DNA of 29,178 nt, from IMG/VR virus record IMGVR_UViG_3300010273_000009, positions 1 through 29,178 of that record. One strand, 5' to 3'. The position numbers were made by a program, and so were the translations under genes. Positions within the stretch are counted from its first letter, which is position 1; every line of letters begins with the position of its first letter. The DNA comes from a virus (taxonomy: Duplodnaviria > Caudoviricetes). Under the pieces are notes generated by a model. That model saw only the letters and a program-made list of their open reading frames with translations. It had not been told where the DNA came from and ran no database searches. This document shows, piece after piece, positions 26,198 through 29,178 of this stretch.

Positions 26198-26375
26198 ATA
26201 TTCCACAACTTTTGCACACAAACACATTTACAGCTTGTCCCGCTCCGGGATTAACACTATTTGTTTTAGGGTCATAACAGACCAACGCAAACGTTTCTCC
26301 GAATGGCGGTGTGAGTTTTTCTAAATTTACGGATCCGCAATGAGGACATTTAACTGGGGCCGGGTTGATTCTCAT
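26166..26375 (-). CDS. Small zinc-ribbon protein
   Basis: CPHCGS...CKSCG; AAGGAGGTGA RBS favours ATG 26375; minus-strand TGgTAAAAT promoter at 26400-26408. Confidence 0.7.
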   Translation of the reverse strand: MRINPAPVKCPHCGSVNLEKLTPPFGETFALVCYDPKTNSVNPGAGQAVNVFVCKSCGIFTLAFVSLKE

Positions 26376-26457
26376 GGCTTTCACCTCCTTTCTAAGTAAA
26401 TTTTACCACAACGTGGAGGTGAAAGCCAACCGAGACTGCGTAAGGAGGTGAGAAGAA

Positions 26458-27030
26458 GTGATAAACGTACCACATATTTACATCATCGGGGGACACAAAG
26501 TAAGAACTATTGTAAGGGACGGAAAGTATGAAGGTATAGAAATTGATGGCACTAAATTAAATCGATTTGATCTTCTTGCTATGGCTTCTAAAATTGCTTC
26601 CGATAATGAAAAATTGGCATGGCAAATTATGAACATTGCTTCCATGATGTTTCATCCACAGAGCGATAGTACATTTAACACGCTATACGAAGCAGTTGCT
26701 ACAGAGATAACATTAAAAAACATTGAAACAGAAGCAACTTTATATCAGCGATTCGCAAATGCAGTAAAAAAACTATTTGGAGAAAATGCGGAGATAATCA
26801 AGAAACAAAATAATCAAAGACACCAGCCGGATTTATGGATAAAAGTGAATGGCCATGATATTCCAGTGGAAATTAAGTTACACAGCTTTGACAAAAAGGC
26901 ATTGAAACAATTGCAACGATATATGAATTTTTATAATTGCCAAAAAGGTATTGCTGTAGGAAGTTGCTTAAAAGTTGAATTACCAGAAAATATCGTTTTT
27001 ATTTCTAAAAAAGAATTGGAGGAAGAATAA
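26458..27030 (+). CDS. Protein with C-terminal PD-(D/E)xK nuclease-like domain
   Basis: QPDLWI...IPVEIK...ALKQLQRY, a NucS/restriction-endonuclease-like motif order. Confidence 0.65.
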   Translation: MINVPHIYIIGGHKVRTIVRDGKYEGIEIDGTKLNRFDLLAMASKIASDNEKLAWQIMNIASMMFHPQSDSTFNTLYEAVATEITLKNIETEATLYQRFANAVKKLFGENAEIIKKQNNQRHQPDLWIKVNGHDIPVEIKLHSFDKKALKQLQRYMNFYNCQKGIAVGSCLKVELPENIVFISKKELEEE

Positions 27031-27836
27031 TGGGCGATTTAACTCTTATTAAATCAGCTAATTTCGGGAATGTAAAATGTGATTTTTGGGAAGATGACAA
27101 CGGAAATATATTACTCACAAGAAAACAAATTGGTCAAGCATTGGAGTACGCAGATCCACAGAAAGCTATTGACAATCTTCATGCAAAACACGCTGACAGG
27201 TTAGATAACTTTTCAGTTACCCTCAAAGTGAGGGGTGCTGACGGAAAGATGTATGATACAACTCTTTACACTGTAAAGGGCGTCATGGAAATTTGCCGTT
27301 GGAGCCAGCAACCCAAAGCAAATGCTTTTATGGATTGGGTATGGGAAGTTATGGAGACAATCCGTAAGCATGGAGCATATCTTACGCCGCAAAAAATAGA
27401 AGAAGTCTTGCTTAATCCAGACACCATAATCAAGCTGGCCATGCAACTTAAAGAGGAGCAAACGAAGCGACTTGAAGCGGAAAAGAAAATACAGGAATTA
27501 CAACCCAAAGCAGAATTCTTTGATGCTGTAGCTGGCAGTAAAGATGCAATTGACATGAATAGAGCAGCAAAGCTCATATACGAGGAAACACGACTTGGCA
27601 GAAACAAGCTGTTTAAGTTACTGCGGGGCAAAGGCATTTTAATGAAAGACAACATACCGTATCAAGAATACATAGACAAAGGGTACTTTAGGACTATTGA
27701 GCAGAAATATACGAAGCCAGATGGAACAACGCACATCTACATTAAGACTCTGGTTTATCAGAAGGGGCTGGATTTCATAAGAAAGATTGTTAAAGAGGAT
27801 AACGTAATACATCTTAAAAGAGCAAAGGGGGTTTGA
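27030..27836 (+). CDS. Phage antirepressor (Bro-N and KilA-C/ANT domains)
   Basis: A..FMDWV.EV..IRKHGAY, NPDTIIKLA, PKAEFFD, GRNKLFKLLR, PYQ.YID.GYF, TLVYQKG. Confidence 0.9.
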   Translation: MGDLTLIKSANFGNVKCDFWEDDNGNILLTRKQIGQALEYADPQKAIDNLHAKHADRLDNFSVTLKVRGADGKMYDTTLYTVKGVMEICRWSQQPKANAFMDWVWEVMETIRKHGAYLTPQKIEEVLLNPDTIIKLAMQLKEEQTKRLEAEKKIQELQPKAEFFDAVAGSKDAIDMNRAAKLIYEETRLGRNKLFKLLRGKGILMKDNIPYQEYIDKGYFRTIEQKYTKPDGTTHIYIKTLVYQKGLDFIRKIVKEDNVIHLKRAKGV

Positions 27837-27838
27837 CA

Positions 27839-28057
27839 ATGCGATACGAGGACTTGCCTGATGTTTTAACTATACCGGAGATGGCAAAGTTTCTCCAGAT
27901 AGGCATCACCAAAGCATACGAGATGAGCCACTGGAGGGGCTTCCCGGCCATACGAATAGGGCGGGCAATAAGGGTGCCCAAGAAAGCATTGCTGGAGTGG
28001 CTTGAACAACAGAGCAAACAGGAAGAGCCCAGACTAACTGCAATTAGGGTGAGGTGA
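27839..28057 (+). CDS. Excisionase-like HTH DNA-binding protein
   Basis: LPDVLTIPEMAKFLQIG...AYE....GFPAIRIGRAIRVPK..L.EWL. Confidence 0.85.
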   Translation: MRYEDLPDVLTIPEMAKFLQIGITKAYEMSHWRGFPAIRIGRAIRVPKKALLEWLEQQSKQEEPRLTAIRVR

Positions 28058-28137
28058 TAAAAGAAAAGCCGTTTTCAAACGGCACAAACAAAAACCACTA
28101 CACCCTCATTATACCACAAGGTGTAATGAGGGGGCAA
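28058..28137 (-). ncRNA. Candidate short antisense transcription unit (promoter plus terminator)
   Basis: Minus strand TTGCCC-N18-(TGg)TATAAT, then GCCGTT-tgaa-AACGGC-TTTTCTTTT starting about 25 bp after the -10. Confidence 0.45.
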
Positions 28138-28153
28138 TAAGGGGGAGCGAAAT

Positions 28154-28429
28154 ATGACGATAAAAAAGCTTATAAGCGAACTGGAGGAGCTTGTTGAAGA
28201 GTTTGAAAAAGCGAAAACAGTATGCACACGTTGTAATGGAAGCGGTTGGATAACGAACCCAGAATGGGAGGAGTATTGGAGGAAGAAAAAAGAGGATCCC
28301 AACGCAATACTAGAAGAACCCAGCGATTTTGAAGAAGAAATATGCCCGGAATGCGAAGGTGACGGATATGTACTCACTGATGATGCAATGCTTCTTCTAA
28401 AATTGCTTCGGGAAATAATCTACTGGTAG
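28154..28429 (+). CDS. DnaJ-type zinc-finger small protein
   Basis: CTRCNGSG and CPECEGDG. Confidence 0.75.
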   Translation: MTIKKLISELEELVEEFEKAKTVCTRCNGSGWITNPEWEEYWRKKKEDPNAILEEPSDFEEEICPECEGDGYVLTDDAMLLLKLLREIIYW

Positions 28430-28442
28430 GAGGGGAGCGGTA

Positions 28443-28655
28443 ATGTTGTATCGAGTTTATTCGCCAATGATTGAACAAGAAAGCATAATTGAGGCAAACA
28501 ATTCGACGCAAGCAAAACGGAAATTCTGCAAGCTATGGGGAATTAGCCCATCAGATCCATGGCATGGTATCAGCACGATGCATGCAAGAAAGCTAACGGA
28601 GGAAGAGGTTAAAGCGGAATTAAGGAAATGGGGGGTTGAGGATGCGAATAATTGA
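28443..28655 (+). CDS. Hypothetical early protein
   Basis: AGGAGGGG RBS; 70 aa. Confidence 0.65.
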   Translation: MLYRVYSPMIEQESIIEANNSTQAKRKFCKLWGISPSDPWHGISTMHARKLTEEEVKAELRKWGVEDANN

Positions 28656-28851
28656 ATGCGGATATTGTGGATACAGGGATTTTGAAGATGCATTCGAGTA
28701 TGGCAGAGGGCGAGAGTACGGGGAACATCCTGAACACCGCTATTGTAAACAATGTGGGCAGTCGATCGACTGGCACGGATACAAAACATTATGGATCGGA
28801 GGGTTGGATGATGGATCAACAAGAATTAAAGATAGTGCATTTGTACGATAA
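28642..28851 (+). CDS. Small zinc-ribbon protein
   Basis: CGYCG...YCKQCGQSIDW; ATG 28642. Confidence 0.6.
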   Translation: MRIIECGYCGYRDFEDAFEYGRGREYGEHPEHRYCKQCGQSIDWHGYKTLWIGGLDDGSTRIKDSAFVR

Positions 28852-29002
28852 ACAACCGGCTGAAATCAGTATAAAACTTGAGAAAAACAGCAAGGGTTAC
28901 AACTGGGAAATTTCTTACAGAGGAGAAGACGCAGACGAGGTTCTTGCAAAAATACGAGAAGTCAATCAGAAATTGATGGCCGAGTATGGAGGTGGACAGT
29001 AA
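28811..29002 (+). CDS. Hypothetical early protein
   Basis: GGAGGG RBS places the start at 28808 or 28811, not 28652; KLEKNSKGYNWEI. Confidence 0.65.
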   Translation: MDQQELKIVHLYDKQPAEISIKLEKNSKGYNWEISYRGEDADEVLAKIREVNQKLMAEYGGGQ

Positions 29003-29178
29003 TGGCGACGATTCAACCTGTTGAGGTTAATGCAATTTCCATCATAGATGCTGTAAATTTACAGGCTATACAACAAACCATGCAAAAAATAGCTTCTTTT
29101 CAAGCAATTGTACAAAAGACACTCAAACCCAATCATGACTATGGGATTATTCCCGGCACTGGAGATAAACCCACATTA
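29002..29178 (+). CDS. 3'-truncated phage replication/recombination-region protein (possible single-strand annealing protein)
   Basis: TAATG overlap and GGAGGTGG RBS; reads MATIQPVEV...DYGIIPGTGDKPTL and runs off the window. Confidence 0.6.
   Translation, partial: MATIQPVEVNAISIIDAVNLQAIQQTMQKIASFQAIVQKTLKPNHDYGIIPGTGDKPTL

Larger units (their letters stand above)
25950..26452. repeat. 25-bp perfect direct repeat bounding a two-gene cassette
   Basis: AACCGAGACTGCGTAAGGAGGTGAG at 25950-25974 and 26428-26452. Confidence 0.9.

Noticed and set aside
28075-28377. 100-aa minus-strand ORF
   Set aside because: Antisense to a well-formed zinc-finger gene; Ser-rich shadow translation.
28652-28807. 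N-terminal extension of the 116-aa ORF
   Set aside because: Overlaps the zinc-ribbon gene; the RBS supports a start at 28808 or 28811.
3-29178. Alternative genetic code, introns or inteins
   Set aside because: Core genes are full length in code 11, and TerL, portal and capsid have normal sizes.

Overview
Most of the genome of a temperate long-tailed (siphovirus-type) phage of a Firmicutes host; the host is inferred as Clostridia-like from the tRNA-Thr att core and GGAGGTG RBSs. The + strand carries, in order: packaging genes (5'-truncated TerS, PBSX-type TerL, SPP1-like portal), a MuF/minor-capsid protein with a toxin-like C-terminal extension and a small acidic partner, head, neck and tail genes, an unusual multi-gene tail tip/fibre cluster, and an XhlA-endolysin-holin lysis cassette followed by an AT-rich moron. 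Next come an intact attP (3' half of tRNA-Thr(UGU) between arm repeats), a leftward lysogeny operon (repressor, ImmA/IrrE peptidase, TPR protein, integrase) and the start of the rightward early operon. The most novel-looking signal is three consecutive fibre genes built on 'ITTAKIxDGA' repeats. Two of them end in the same motif (..HLLF-stop), and the two downstream genes share a roughly 80-aa N-terminal domain, which suggests a donor/acceptor chain-assembly system for a modular, possibly extendable fibre. All product calls come from motif recognition and synteny by eye; no database searches were run.
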